Below are positions 1 through 8,278 of a DNA stretch of 32,409 bases, piece by piece. The position numbers and the translations under genes were made by a program. How positions within the stretch are numbered: position 1 is the first letter of the stretch; each line of letters opens with the position of its first letter. Under the pieces are notes generated by a model. That model had not been told where the DNA came from. It saw nothing but the letters and a program-made list of their open reading frames with translations, and made no database searches. Source of the DNA: Candidatus Hydrogenedentota bacterium (GTDB lineage Bacteria; Hydrogenedentota; Hydrogenedentia; Hydrogenedentales; SLHB01). Location: the NCBI GenBank assembly GCA_029974275.1, contig JARKSN010000062.1, positions 1-32,409 on the forward strand, written 5' to 3'.

Positions 1-194
1 ACTACTGAAAAACACACGAATCTCCCTTCTTCTTTATGGGGTATGTGGGGCGGGGCGCCAACGACCAAACGAAAAGGGGAAGCAAATCACAAACGAGCCA
101 AGGTCTGCCCGGAACTCAGATTTTAATGCGATAGCCCTGAAGCGAATCGCGAATCGCGAAAGAAGCCCAGGGTCTCCAAAACGCCGCCGCTGTT

Positions 195-223
195 TTGACA
201 GGTCCTCGGTTCGTTCCTACAAT
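195..223 (+). promoter_or_regulatory. sigma70-type promoter for the small protein-HDOD-GGDEF operon
   Basis: TTGACA (195-200), 17-nt spacer, TACAAT (218-223); followed by RBS AGGAGG (235-240) and ATG at 249. Confidence 0.8.
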
Positions 224-248
224 CACACACGAACAGGAGGGTCTCGCA

Positions 249-569
249 ATGCAATGGACGAAAATCGGGGACGCACGGCCAGGACAAATCATCGCCCAAG
301 CCGTGGCAACGCCCGATGGCGAGATCGCGTATCCGCCGGGGTTCCGCTTGACGGCGCCCGGCATCGAACGATTGCGCGCGGCGGGGGTTGCGGCAATCGC
401 CGTCAAGAATCCGGCTGTTGCCGGACCAGACCTTCGCGCTCGCCTGGAAGAACTCCAGGACCGTTTTCAAGGCGTCGATGATCCCATCATGCTTCAACTC
501 AAGGCTGTCCTTGAGAAGCGCCTGCGTTTCTTGTATCTTGGAAACGAACCGACGCGCGTTCCCGAGTGA
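249..569 (+). CDS. small hypothetical protein (106 aa) resembling the N-terminal accessory module of HD-GYP/HDOD-associated proteins
   Basis: ORF 195..569 restarted at ATG 249 behind a strong AGGAGG RBS; pattern 'ARPGQIIAQAV..PDGEI..PPG.RLT..IERLR..GV..IAV' followed by an amphipathic helical C-terminus. Confidence 0.7.
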   Translation: MQWTKIGDARPGQIIAQAVATPDGEIAYPPGFRLTAPGIERLRAAGVAAIAVKNPAVAGPDLRARLEELQDRFQGVDDPIMLQLKAVLEKRLRFLYLGNEPTRVPE

Positions 570-597
570 TCGATCCGGCAAGGAGTGAACCGCGGAC

Positions 598-1434
598 ATG
601 GATTCCGAAACCCTCCGCAGACGCGTCGCCGAGCTTGCCAATCTGCCCACGCTACCCGGCGTCCTTCAAAAAGCGGCCGCCCTTGCCGAGGACGGACAAA
701 CGAGCGCCGCTGATATGGCCAACCTTATCAGCGGCGACCCGGCGCTCAGCGCCAAAACGCTGCGGCTGGTCAATTCGCCGGCATACGGTTTCCCAGGCCG
801 CATCTCATCGGTCGCCCATGCCGTGGCGCTCCTCGGACTCCACGCCGTCAAAGGCCTTGTGCTCGGCGCGACAACGTTCGATTCCTTGGACGCACAGGGA
901 CAAGGCCTGTGGCGACACAGTTTCGGCTGCGCCGTCATCAGCCGACGCTTAGCCCGGGAATGCGGCCTCGCAACCGCCGAGGAATGTTTCGTTGCGGGCC
1001 TGCTGCACGACCTCGGAAAAATGACGCTTTCGTGCTTGTATCCGGACGCGTACCAGGACGCGATCGCAGCCGCGATCCACGGTCGCCTCCACATTGCGGA
1101 GGCGGAAAAGACCGCGTTCGGAACCGACCACGCGCGCGTGGCGCGTTGGCTTGCGGAAGAATGGCGGTTCCCGGCGCGACTTGCCGATCCCCTTGAACAT
1201 CACCATGCGCCGGGCAACGCCGGAGAATTTCGGAACGTCGCCGCCATCGTGCATGTCGCAGACATCTTGGCGCGCGGAATGGGCTACGGGTTTCCGGGCG
1301 ATCGCGTCATGCCGCCGCTCGATCACGAAGCCTTTCAGGGACTGCGGCTATCTTTCGAGCAAATTGGCCGCGTCGTGCATGATTCGGAAACGGAGTTCAA
1401 CGCAGGCAGTGATTTGTTTGCCGCGGAAGAGTGA
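598..1434 (+). CDS. HDOD domain protein (HD-like signal output)
   Basis: LPTLP, DPALSAKTLRLVNS, AVALLG, LWRHS, AGLLHDLGK, E..FGTDH, W.FP, HH.P, VHVAD motifs; AGGAG RBS upstream. Confidence 0.92.
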   Translation: MDSETLRRRVAELANLPTLPGVLQKAAALAEDGQTSAADMANLISGDPALSAKTLRLVNSPAYGFPGRISSVAHAVALLGLHAVKGLVLGATTFDSLDAQGQGLWRHSFGCAVISRRLARECGLATAEECFVAGLLHDLGKMTLSCLYPDAYQDAIAAAIHGRLHIAEAEKTAFGTDHARVARWLAEEWRFPARLADPLEHHHAPGNAGEFRNVAAIVHVADILARGMGYGFPGDRVMPPLDHEAFQGLRLSFEQIGRVVHDSETEFNAGSDLFAAEE

Positions 1435-1441
1435 GGGAACC

Positions 1442-2377
1442 ATGGAACACGCCAACCCCAACGTCCTGATCGTAGCCCAAACCGCCGAAGAGGGCGCGAC
1501 GCTACAAGACCGTCTTCAGTTGTACGGACTGACCGTCCGGATCGCCTTGAACGGATCGAACGCGCTTGATCTCTTCTACGCCGACCCGCCCCAATGCCTC
1601 GTGTTCGGACACGAAATCGCGACAGACGACGGGCATTCGCTGCTCAAGGATATCAAAGCCGACAACGTGTACGGCCATCTGCCGGTCATCCTTATCATCG
1701 GAGAAAAAGACCGCGACGCCGGCATCGACTGGTCCGCCATGCCCGCAGACGACTACGTCGTGCGCCCCTTTCCGCCCGCCGAGTTGGCCTCACGCATTCT
1801 TCTGTGTCTGGCTCGCGCCTCGCGCGACGTCAACGCCAATCCCTTGACCGGCCTGCCCGGCAACCTGACCATCACCCGCGAAGCAGAGCGGCGCCTGGCG
1901 TCCGGCGATCCGTTCGCCCTGGCGTATCTCGATATCGACCACTTCAAGGCCTTCAACGATCGTTATGGTTTTTCGCGCGGCGACGAGGTCTTGCGGATGT
2001 GCGCGCGCGTCGTGGTCAACGTCATCCGAACGCTTGGCGGCGACGACAGCTACGTGGGCCATGTCGGCGGGGACGATTTCGTGTTCATGGCGAATCCCGG
2101 CGTCGCGGCGGCCGTCTGCAAACGCATCACGGAAGACTTCGATCGCATTGTCCCCAGCTTCTACGATGAAGAAGACTCCATCCGCGGCAACATCCAATCC
2201 GTCGATCGACAGGGCAACCCGCACGTCTTCCCCATCATGTCCATCTCCATTGCCGTCGTCGACACCCAGGTCGCCCACATCGCCCACATCGCCGAGCTTT
2301 TCGCCCGCGTCGCCGAGGTGAAATCCTTTGTCAAGCGTCTGCCCGGATCAAACTACATCATCGACCGCAGAAAATGA
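1442..2377 (+). CDS. degenerate receiver (REC-like) + GGDEF-family diguanylate cyclase (GGDDF variant)
   Basis: Start reassigned to ATG 1442 (GAGGG RBS, 7 nt after the HDOD stop). NPLTGLPGN, YLDIDHFKAFNDRYG..RGD, GHVGGDDF, SISIAV; N-terminal REC-like fold (NVLIVA..., DDYVVRPF). Confidence 0.9.
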   Translation: MEHANPNVLIVAQTAEEGATLQDRLQLYGLTVRIALNGSNALDLFYADPPQCLVFGHEIATDDGHSLLKDIKADNVYGHLPVILIIGEKDRDAGIDWSAMPADDYVVRPFPPAELASRILLCLARASRDVNANPLTGLPGNLTITREAERRLASGDPFALAYLDIDHFKAFNDRYGFSRGDEVLRMCARVVVNVIRTLGGDDSYVGHVGGDDFVFMANPGVAAAVCKRITEDFDRIVPSFYDEEDSIRGNIQSVDRQGNPHVFPIMSISIAVVDTQVAHIAHIAELFARVAEVKSFVKRLPGSNYIIDRRK

Positions 2378-2462
2378 TTTCAAGGCGATTCAAACCCTGC
2401 GCCGGCGCGAACAAAATGGCGGAACGCGATCGTTTCTCGCGGCCAAGTAATTTTGCGCTCAC

Positions 2463-2510
2463 AAAAGAGCTGGGGAGCCCCTTCTTGTCCGAAAGGGCTC
2501 CCCAGCTCTT
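2463..2510 (-). terminator. intrinsic terminator downstream of flagellin (possibly bidirectional)
   Basis: 16-bp perfect inverted repeat AAGAGCTGGGGAGCCC (2465-2480) / GGGCTCCCCAGCTCTT (2495-2510); short U tract on the minus strand; lies between convergent genes. Confidence 0.8.
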
Positions 2511-2604
2511 CCTACAACGCACGCCACCCACGATGCGATGATTGCTGCCTCATTGGCCCACGAGGCGAGTCGCCCCGCTGCTAGGGTTGTTCCATAGCGC
2601 CCCG

Positions 2605-3420
2605 CTATTTGAGCAGTTGCAAGGCGGTCTGCGGCACCACGTTGGCCTGGGACAGCACCTGAGTGCCGGCGCTGACGAGGATTTGGTTGCGGGTGAAATC
2701 GATGGTTTCGCGGGCGACGTCGACATCGCGGATGGCGCTTTCAGAAGCCGCCGAATTCTGCTCCTGAATCGCCAGCACGTTGATCGTGAATTCGAGCCGG
2801 TTTTGCGTGGCTCCCAGCGAACTGCGCAAAGACGACACGCTCTTGATCGCGTTGTCGAGCGTGGTAATGGCGCTGGTGGCGCTGTCGAACGAAGAAATCG
2901 CCACGCCATTCACGCCGATGTCGGTGGTTTTCGCGCCGGTCAACGACAGGGTGAGGGTCTGTCCCGCCTGCACGCCAGCCTGAAGCGTGACCGTCTGCGG
3001 CGCACTCAGAATAAACAGGCCGTTGAATTCCGTATCAAGGGCAATGTCATCGATCTGCTCCAACAGCAGCTTCACTTCCGCATCCAGCGAGGCGCGGTTT
3101 TGGGTGCTCTGCGTGCCGTTGGCGGCCTGAACCGCCAATTCGCGAATGCGTTGCAGGATGTTGGTGGTTTCACTCAAGGCGCCTTCCGCGGTTTGCACCA
3201 GGCTGATACCGTCCTGGGCGTTGCGCTGCGCCACCGCAGAGCCTCGAACCACCGACTTGAAGCCCTCGGCGATGGCCAACCCCGCTGCGTCGTCCGAAGC
3301 GCGATTGATGCGGAGGCCGCTGGACAGGCGTTCGAGGGACTTGTTGAGGGCGCCCGTGGAACGTTGCAAGACGCGTTGGGCGTTCAGGGCCGCGATGTTG
3401 GTGTTAATGCGAAGTCCCAT
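2605..3420 (-). CDS. fliC: flagellin (minimal, D0/D1 only, 271 aa)
   Basis: INTNIAALNA, ERLSSGLRINRASDDAAGLAI, LQRIRELAVQAANGT, RSSLGATQNRLE, SAIRDVD, QIL..AG..VL.QAN...ALQLL. Confidence 0.97.
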   Translation of the reverse strand: MGLRINTNIAALNAQRVLQRSTGALNKSLERLSSGLRINRASDDAAGLAIAEGFKSVVRGSAVAQRNAQDGISLVQTAEGALSETTNILQRIRELAVQAANGTQSTQNRASLDAEVKLLLEQIDDIALDTEFNGLFILSAPQTVTLQAGVQAGQTLTLSLTGAKTTDIGVNGVAISSFDSATSAITTLDNAIKSVSSLRSSLGATQNRLEFTINVLAIQEQNSAASESAIRDVDVARETIDFTRNQILVSAGTQVLSQANVVPQTALQLLK

Positions 3421-3426
3421 GATGAT

Positions 3427-3461
3427 GTTCCTCCGTGAACGTTAACCTTTGCATCCTTGCA
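3427..3461 (-). promoter_or_regulatory. two putative CsrA/RsmA-binding GGA hairpins in the flagellin 5' UTR
   Basis: Minus strand UGCA-AGGA-UGCA (3450-3461) and GUUC-ACGGAG-GAAC (3427-3440); the second contains the Shine-Dalgarno sequence. Confidence 0.7.
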
Positions 3462-3498
3462 TCGGCTGGAAGGCTGTTTTTCTCGACTTCCACCACTT

Positions 3499-3526
3499 CT
3501 ATCGGCAGGCGCTTTCCAAATCTTTA
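3499..3526 (-). promoter_or_regulatory. sigma28 (FliA/SigD) promoter of flagellin
   Basis: Minus strand TAAA(GATT)-N16-GCCGATAG, matching TAAA-N15/16-GCCGATAA, about 80 nt upstream of the ATG. Confidence 0.85.
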
Positions 3527-3649
3527 GCCCGGCATTCCAAAAGCCCCGAACACGACCGCCCGCACAGATTTGTTTTCCGGAAGACTTTGTGCTATCCAGT
3601 CGTAGCAAACGAAAGGCAAAGAGCGTACGGGGATGGGGGCTGCAGACGC

Positions 3650-6421
3650 ATGGCGCGCATTTTCCTTTTTGCGACGTGTTGGCTGATGGCGTGGGCGGCG
3701 CCTGCCTTTGCCCAAACGCCGCCTCCCGTCGACGACGCAACCTGCCTGGGATGCCACGATGACGCCGGACTCGTGAAAACGCTTCCCGGCGGGGCGACCG
3801 TGTCCCTCTTCGTCTCTCCCGAAGCCTTCGCCCAATCGGTTCACGCGGGCGGCGGTTGCGTGTTCTGCCATGCCGACATCAAGGAAGTCCCCCACCCGGA
3901 AACCCTCAAACCGGTGGCATGCGACGGGTGCCACGGATCCGAGGCCGCCCTGTTCACAGAAAGCCTGCACGGCGCCGCCCTTGCCAAAGGCGATCCGCTG
4001 GCGCCATCCTGTCACGACTGCCACAGCAAACACGACATTCGGACCAAACAAGACCCAAAATCGAAAACCAATCCCATCCATATTCCGGAGATGTGCGGCG
4101 GATGCCATGCGGAAGACGCGCCCGTCGCACGAGAGCGCAACATCGCCGAGCACAACATCCTGCAGAACTATGAGGAGAGCGTTCACGGCGAAGGCCTTTT
4201 GAAAAAGGGATTGAAGGGAACTGCGGTATGCACAAGCTGCCACACGGCGCATCATGTTCTGCCGCACACGGACCCGCGATCGACCATTGGGCGCGCCAAC
4301 ATCGTGTCCACCTGCACGCAATGCCATGCGCTCATCGAGGAAGTCCACCGGAAAATCATCAACAGCGAACTGTGGGAAAAAGACCCATCGGTCATCCCTG
4401 TTTGCATCGATTGCCACCAGCCGCACAAAGCGCGCAAGGTCTACTACGACGAAGGCGTCAGCGACCGGGACTGCCTGATGTGCCACGGCAAAGAGGTTCA
4501 GGGACGCGATAAAACCTTGCCCCCCGTGGACGCGAACCAGATGGCAGGGTTTCGCCACGGCGCCGTGCGCTGCGCCCAGTGCCACACCAAAGCAAACCCG
4601 TCGTTGGCGCGACCCTGCGAAACGATCGCGTCTTCCGTGGACTGCTCCATTTGTCACGAGGAACAGGTGTCGCAACACGCTCGAAGCTCCCACGGCCAGC
4701 TTCAGGCAAAAGGCGATCCCGACGCCCCCGGGTGTCTGAATTGCCACGAGCCGCACTACACGCGATCGAAGGCCGATCCACTCTCTCCAACCTTCCCCTC
4801 AAACGTGCCGGCGCTGTGCGGAAAATGCCACGACGACGGAGAAAAAGCGGCGGCGCGCGGACATCAGGCCGAGTCGAGCATCGTGCGCAACTACGCGACG
4901 AGCATCCACGGCAAGGGCCTCCTGGCGAGCGGATTGCTCGTCACGGCGACCTGCACCAGCTGCCACACGGCGCACGCGCCATTGCCCAGCAGCGATCCCG
5001 CATCCAGCATCAACGCCCAAAACATTCCAGCCATGTGCGGACGGTGCCACAGCGGCGTCGAAAAAGTCTTCGCAAAAAGCGTCCACTCCCCTGCCGTGAC
5101 CACATCCGGAAAACCGTTGCCGACATGCAACGATTGTCACACCAGCCACGGAATCCGCCGGACCGACGAAGACGCCTTCAAGCAGGAAATCGTGTCGATG
5201 TGCGGCTCATGCCATGAAGACGTGACCCAAACCTATTTCGACACGTACCACGGCAAGGTGTCGCGTTCCGGAACGGGGCGCGCCGCCAAATGTCACGACT
5301 GCCACGGCGCGCACGACATTCTCCCGATCTCCAATCCGCACTCGCGCCTCAGCCACGACAACATCGTCGCAACATGCGCCCAATGCCATCCCGGATCGCA
5401 CCGGCAGTTCGCGGGATACCTCACCCACGCCACCCACCATGATCCCCAGAAATACCCCGCGTTGTTCCTGGCATTCTGGGGCATGACCGCCTTGCTGACG
5501 GGAACCTTCGCCGTCTTCGGCCTGCACACCCTCATATGGCTCCCGCGGTCGTTCCGCGAAATGATGCGCCGGCGCAGCCAAAACAAACAGGGCGAACCGC
5601 GCATGTTCCGCCGCTTCGACCCAATCGTCCGCCAGCTGCACTTCGTGCTGATCCTGAGTTTCTTCGGTCTAGCCCTGACAGGCATGGCGTTGAAGTTTTC
5701 GTATATGCCATGGGCGCTTTGGCTGGCAAAGTCCATGGGAGGCTTTCACGCAGCAGGCGTCATCCATCGTATTTGCGCCGTGATCATGCTCATCGATTTC
5801 GTCATCCACATCGGCGTGATTGTTCACCGCAAACGCGAGTCCGGCATTTCCTGGAAAGAACTCCTCCTCGGGCCGTCTTCGCTGATTCCCAACATGACCG
5901 ACGCAAGACAGTTCGGCCAAACGCTCAAATGGCTTGTGCGCCTCGGGCCGCAGCCTCGTTACGGCGAATGGACCTATTGGGAAAAGTTCGACTATTTCGC
6001 GGTGTTCTGGGGCGTCGCGATCATTGGATCGACCGGATTCATGCTCTGGTTCCCCGAACTATGCACGCGCGTGCTGCCCGGCTGGATGATCAACGTCGCA
6101 ACAATCGTCCATAGCGACGAAGCCCTTCTCGCCGTGGGCTTTATCTTCACCATCCACTTCTTCAACACCCACTTCCGCCCCGAAAAATTTCCCATGGACA
6201 TGGCGATGTTCACGGGACTTGTTTCGGAGGAGGAACTCAAGCACGAACGGCCCGAGTACTACGCAAGACTTATCGCCGAAGGAAACTACGAAAAACGCAT
6301 CGTCGCGCAAGCCCCCAAGGAATTTCGCTTCTGGGCGGCCCTGTTCGGGGGAGCGGCTCTCGCGACAGGCTTCGCGATGGTGCTGTTCATCTTGTGGTCC
6401 ATGATCTACGGTTACCGTTAG
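3650..6421 (+). CDS. multiheme cytochrome c (19 CxxCH) fused to a di-heme cytochrome b membrane domain; CbcL-like quinol oxidoreductase
   Basis: Signal peptide from ATG 3650 (…APAFA|Q); 19 CxxCH motifs counted; C-terminal about 6 TM helices with FdnI/HydC-type His and motifs QLH..ILSF..LALTG, IHRICA, YWEKFDYFAVFWG, IVHSDEALLA, IHFFNTHFRPEKFPMD. Confidence 0.9.
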   Translation: MARIFLFATCWLMAWAAPAFAQTPPPVDDATCLGCHDDAGLVKTLPGGATVSLFVSPEAFAQSVHAGGGCVFCHADIKEVPHPETLKPVACDGCHGSEAALFTESLHGAALAKGDPLAPSCHDCHSKHDIRTKQDPKSKTNPIHIPEMCGGCHAEDAPVARERNIAEHNILQNYEESVHGEGLLKKGLKGTAVCTSCHTAHHVLPHTDPRSTIGRANIVSTCTQCHALIEEVHRKIINSELWEKDPSVIPVCIDCHQPHKARKVYYDEGVSDRDCLMCHGKEVQGRDKTLPPVDANQMAGFRHGAVRCAQCHTKANPSLARPCETIASSVDCSICHEEQVSQHARSSHGQLQAKGDPDAPGCLNCHEPHYTRSKADPLSPTFPSNVPALCGKCHDDGEKAAARGHQAESSIVRNYATSIHGKGLLASGLLVTATCTSCHTAHAPLPSSDPASSINAQNIPAMCGRCHSGVEKVFAKSVHSPAVTTSGKPLPTCNDCHTSHGIRRTDEDAFKQEIVSMCGSCHEDVTQTYFDTYHGKVSRSGTGRAAKCHDCHGAHDILPISNPHSRLSHDNIVATCAQCHPGSHRQFAGYLTHATHHDPQKYPALFLAFWGMTALLTGTFAVFGLHTLIWLPRSFREMMRRRSQNKQGEPRMFRRFDPIVRQLHFVLILSFFGLALTGMALKFSYMPWALWLAKSMGGFHAAGVIHRICAVIMLIDFVIHIGVIVHRKRESGISWKELLLGPSSLIPNMTDARQFGQTLKWLVRLGPQPRYGEWTYWEKFDYFAVFWGVAIIGSTGFMLWFPELCTRVLPGWMINVATIVHSDEALLAVGFIFTIHFFNTHFRPEKFPMDMAMFTGLVSEEELKHERPEYYARLIAEGNYEKRIVAQAPKEFRFWAALFGGAALATGFAMVLFILWSMIYGYR

Positions 6422-6518
6422 ACCGTCTTGCACAAAATCAGAACCGTCTGCCCCCAAGGCGCCTTCAGAAGGGCGGTTTCCCGTCCCGGCAGCGCGCTGC
6501 GCCACGAAAAACCTGCCG

Positions 6519-7361
6519 TTATCCCTTGATCCCCGTGAGCTTGATGCCTTCGATGAACTGACGTTGGGCGAAGAAAAAGATGACGATGATGGGCGCCGTC
6601 ATCATCGCCGACGCAGCCATGAGCCGTCCGTATTGCGCGCTGTATTGGCCCTGAAACATGGCCAGACCAACGGAAAGCGTATAGCGCGTCTCATCGAGCA
6701 GGTAAATGAGGGGACCGACAAAGTCATTCCATGCGCCGAGAAAAGAAAAAAGACCGACCACCGCCAACGCAGGCACGGACAACGGCATAACGACCCGCCA
6801 CCAAATCGCGATCTCGCCATGTCCATCGACGCGGGCAGCGTCAAGCAAGTCGCGTGGAACCGTGAGAAAAAACTGACGCAGCATGAAAATAAAAAACGCG
6901 TTGCCAAAAAGCGTGGGCGCCGTCAACGGCCAAAAAGTGTCGATCCAGCCTAGTTTGCGAAACATCAAGAAGACCGGGATCATCATCACCTGACCGGGAA
7001 CCATCATCGTGCCGAGCATGGCGTAAAAAAACAGATCGCGGCCCGGCCATTTCACCCGGGCGAAAGCATACGCCACCATGGAAGAAGACAACACCGTGCC
7101 AAACACGGTGAACGCGCAAATGTAAAGGGTGTTCGCCAGGAATTGCCAGAGGTGAAAAGGCGAATCGGCGTCAAAAAGCCCCTTCAGGTGCTCGAGGGTC
7201 GGCACGAACACCCACACCGGGGGAAACTGCTTCAATAGCGCGTCCGGCTTCACCGCGCTGCTGAGCAGCCACGCCAACGGAAAAAGAAACACCAGCGACA
7301 AGCTGATCACCAGCAGATATTTGACGGCATCGGCGGCGACGCCCGCGGGGCGATCGTTCAT
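6519..7361 (-). CDS. carbohydrate ABC transporter permease (MalG/UgpE-like)
   Basis: FLFPLAW..S.VK, MMVP.QV..IP, FMLRQFF..VP, EAA-like DLLDAARVDG, WNDF..PLI, QRQFIEGI; start ATG 7361 overlaps the upstream stop (ATGA). Confidence 0.93.
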   Translation of the reverse strand: MNDRPAGVAADAVKYLLVISLSLVFLFPLAWLLSSAVKPDALLKQFPPVWVFVPTLEHLKGLFDADSPFHLWQFLANTLYICAFTVFGTVLSSSMVAYAFARVKWPGRDLFFYAMLGTMMVPGQVMMIPVFLMFRKLGWIDTFWPLTAPTLFGNAFFIFMLRQFFLTVPRDLLDAARVDGHGEIAIWWRVVMPLSVPALAVVGLFSFLGAWNDFVGPLIYLLDETRYTLSVGLAMFQGQYSAQYGRLMAASAMMTAPIIVIFFFAQRQFIEGIKLTGIKG

Positions 7362-8278
7362 TCGCCCGGTCCTCCCTCGTAGTGAACGAACCGTTTGGAC
7401 CCCTTGAACACGAAGACGGTCAGCGCGCCAATGATGGCGAACAACACCCACGCCATCGCAGAGGCATATCCAAGACGAAAATACTCAAAGGCATTGTTGA
7501 ACAAGTACAGGCAATAGAAAAGAGTCGATATGCCCGGTCCGCCCTTCGTCATCACATAGGCCTGCGTGAACACCTGGAACGCGCCGATCAACCCCATGAC
7601 AAACGTGAAAAATAGGATGGGCGAAATCATCGGCAACGTGATGTGCCATACCTTCCGCCAGGCGCTGGCGCCGTCAAGATCGGCCGCTTCGTACAACGCG
7701 GCAGGGACGTCCTGCAGCGCGGCCAGATACATGACCATCGTCCCTCCCACGCCCCATACGCTCATGAGGATAAGCGCCGGCTTGGACCAAAAAGGGCTTT
7801 GCAGCCAATTGGGCGGCTGAAACTGCGTGCCGCAAACGGCATTGACGAGATCGTAGACGGGTTGCAAAGCCCAATTGAGATAGCCGTACTGCGAGTTGAA
7901 GACCCATACCCACAACACGGAAGCCGCCACCATCGGCACGATGGACGGCAAAAAGAAGAATGTGCGGAACAACGGGCGGGCTTTCATGTTGCGGTTCAGC
8001 AGCAAAGCCATTGCAAAAGCCGCCGCCATGCCCAACGGCACGCTAAAAATCGTATACACAACGGTGTTCCACATCGACGCCAAAAACAAGGGGTCTTCGA
8101 ACAACTCGCGGAAATTGTCCAACCCAATCCATTCTGGACGGTTGAAAATGTCGTACTCGGTGAAACTGAAATACAACGAACAGAGCAACGGGCCCAGCAA
8201 AAAAATCAGAAACCCTATAAGGTAAGGTGAAGCGAAAAAGACTCCCACGCATAGCGACGTACGTTGGCCTTGGGTCAT
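7358..8278 (-). CDS. carbohydrate ABC transporter permease (MalF/UgpA-like)
   Basis: SLYFSFT.Y, WIGLDNF, FRTFFFLP, LYEAADLDGA, ITLPMISP, TKGGP, GYASAMAW. Confidence 0.95.
   Translation of the reverse strand: MTQGQRTSLCVGVFFASPYLIGFLIFLLGPLLCSLYFSFTEYDIFNRPEWIGLDNFRELFEDPLFLASMWNTVVYTIFSVPLGMAAAFAMALLLNRNMKARPLFRTFFFLPSIVPMVAASVLWVWVFNSQYGYLNWALQPVYDLVNAVCGTQFQPPNWLQSPFWSKPALILMSVWGVGGTMVMYLAALQDVPAALYEAADLDGASAWRKVWHITLPMISPILFFTFVMGLIGAFQVFTQAYVMTKGGPGISTLFYCLYLFNNAFEYFRLGYASAMAWVLFAIIGALTVFVFKGSKRFVHYEGGPGE

Noticed and set aside
1..40. Possible RBS (AAGGGAG) and GTG start of a divergent minus-strand gene leaving the window
   Set aside because: Only a few codons are visible, so it cannot be supported
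142..160. Short tandem repeats (GCGAATC x2.5 here; TCGCCCACA x2.5 at 2271-2293)
   Set aside because: Too short, no spacers, expected by chance; not CRISPR or phase-variation tracts
3601..3648. GCAAAC-GAAA-GGCAAAG upstream of the cytochrome, reminiscent of a GEMM (c-di-GMP-I/cGAMP) riboswitch
   Set aside because: No stem flanks the GAAA and no second hairpin is present; too short for the fold. An Infernal search would settle it
6421..6518. Terminator between the convergent cytochrome and permease genes
   Set aside because: Only short imperfect stems without a convincing U tract
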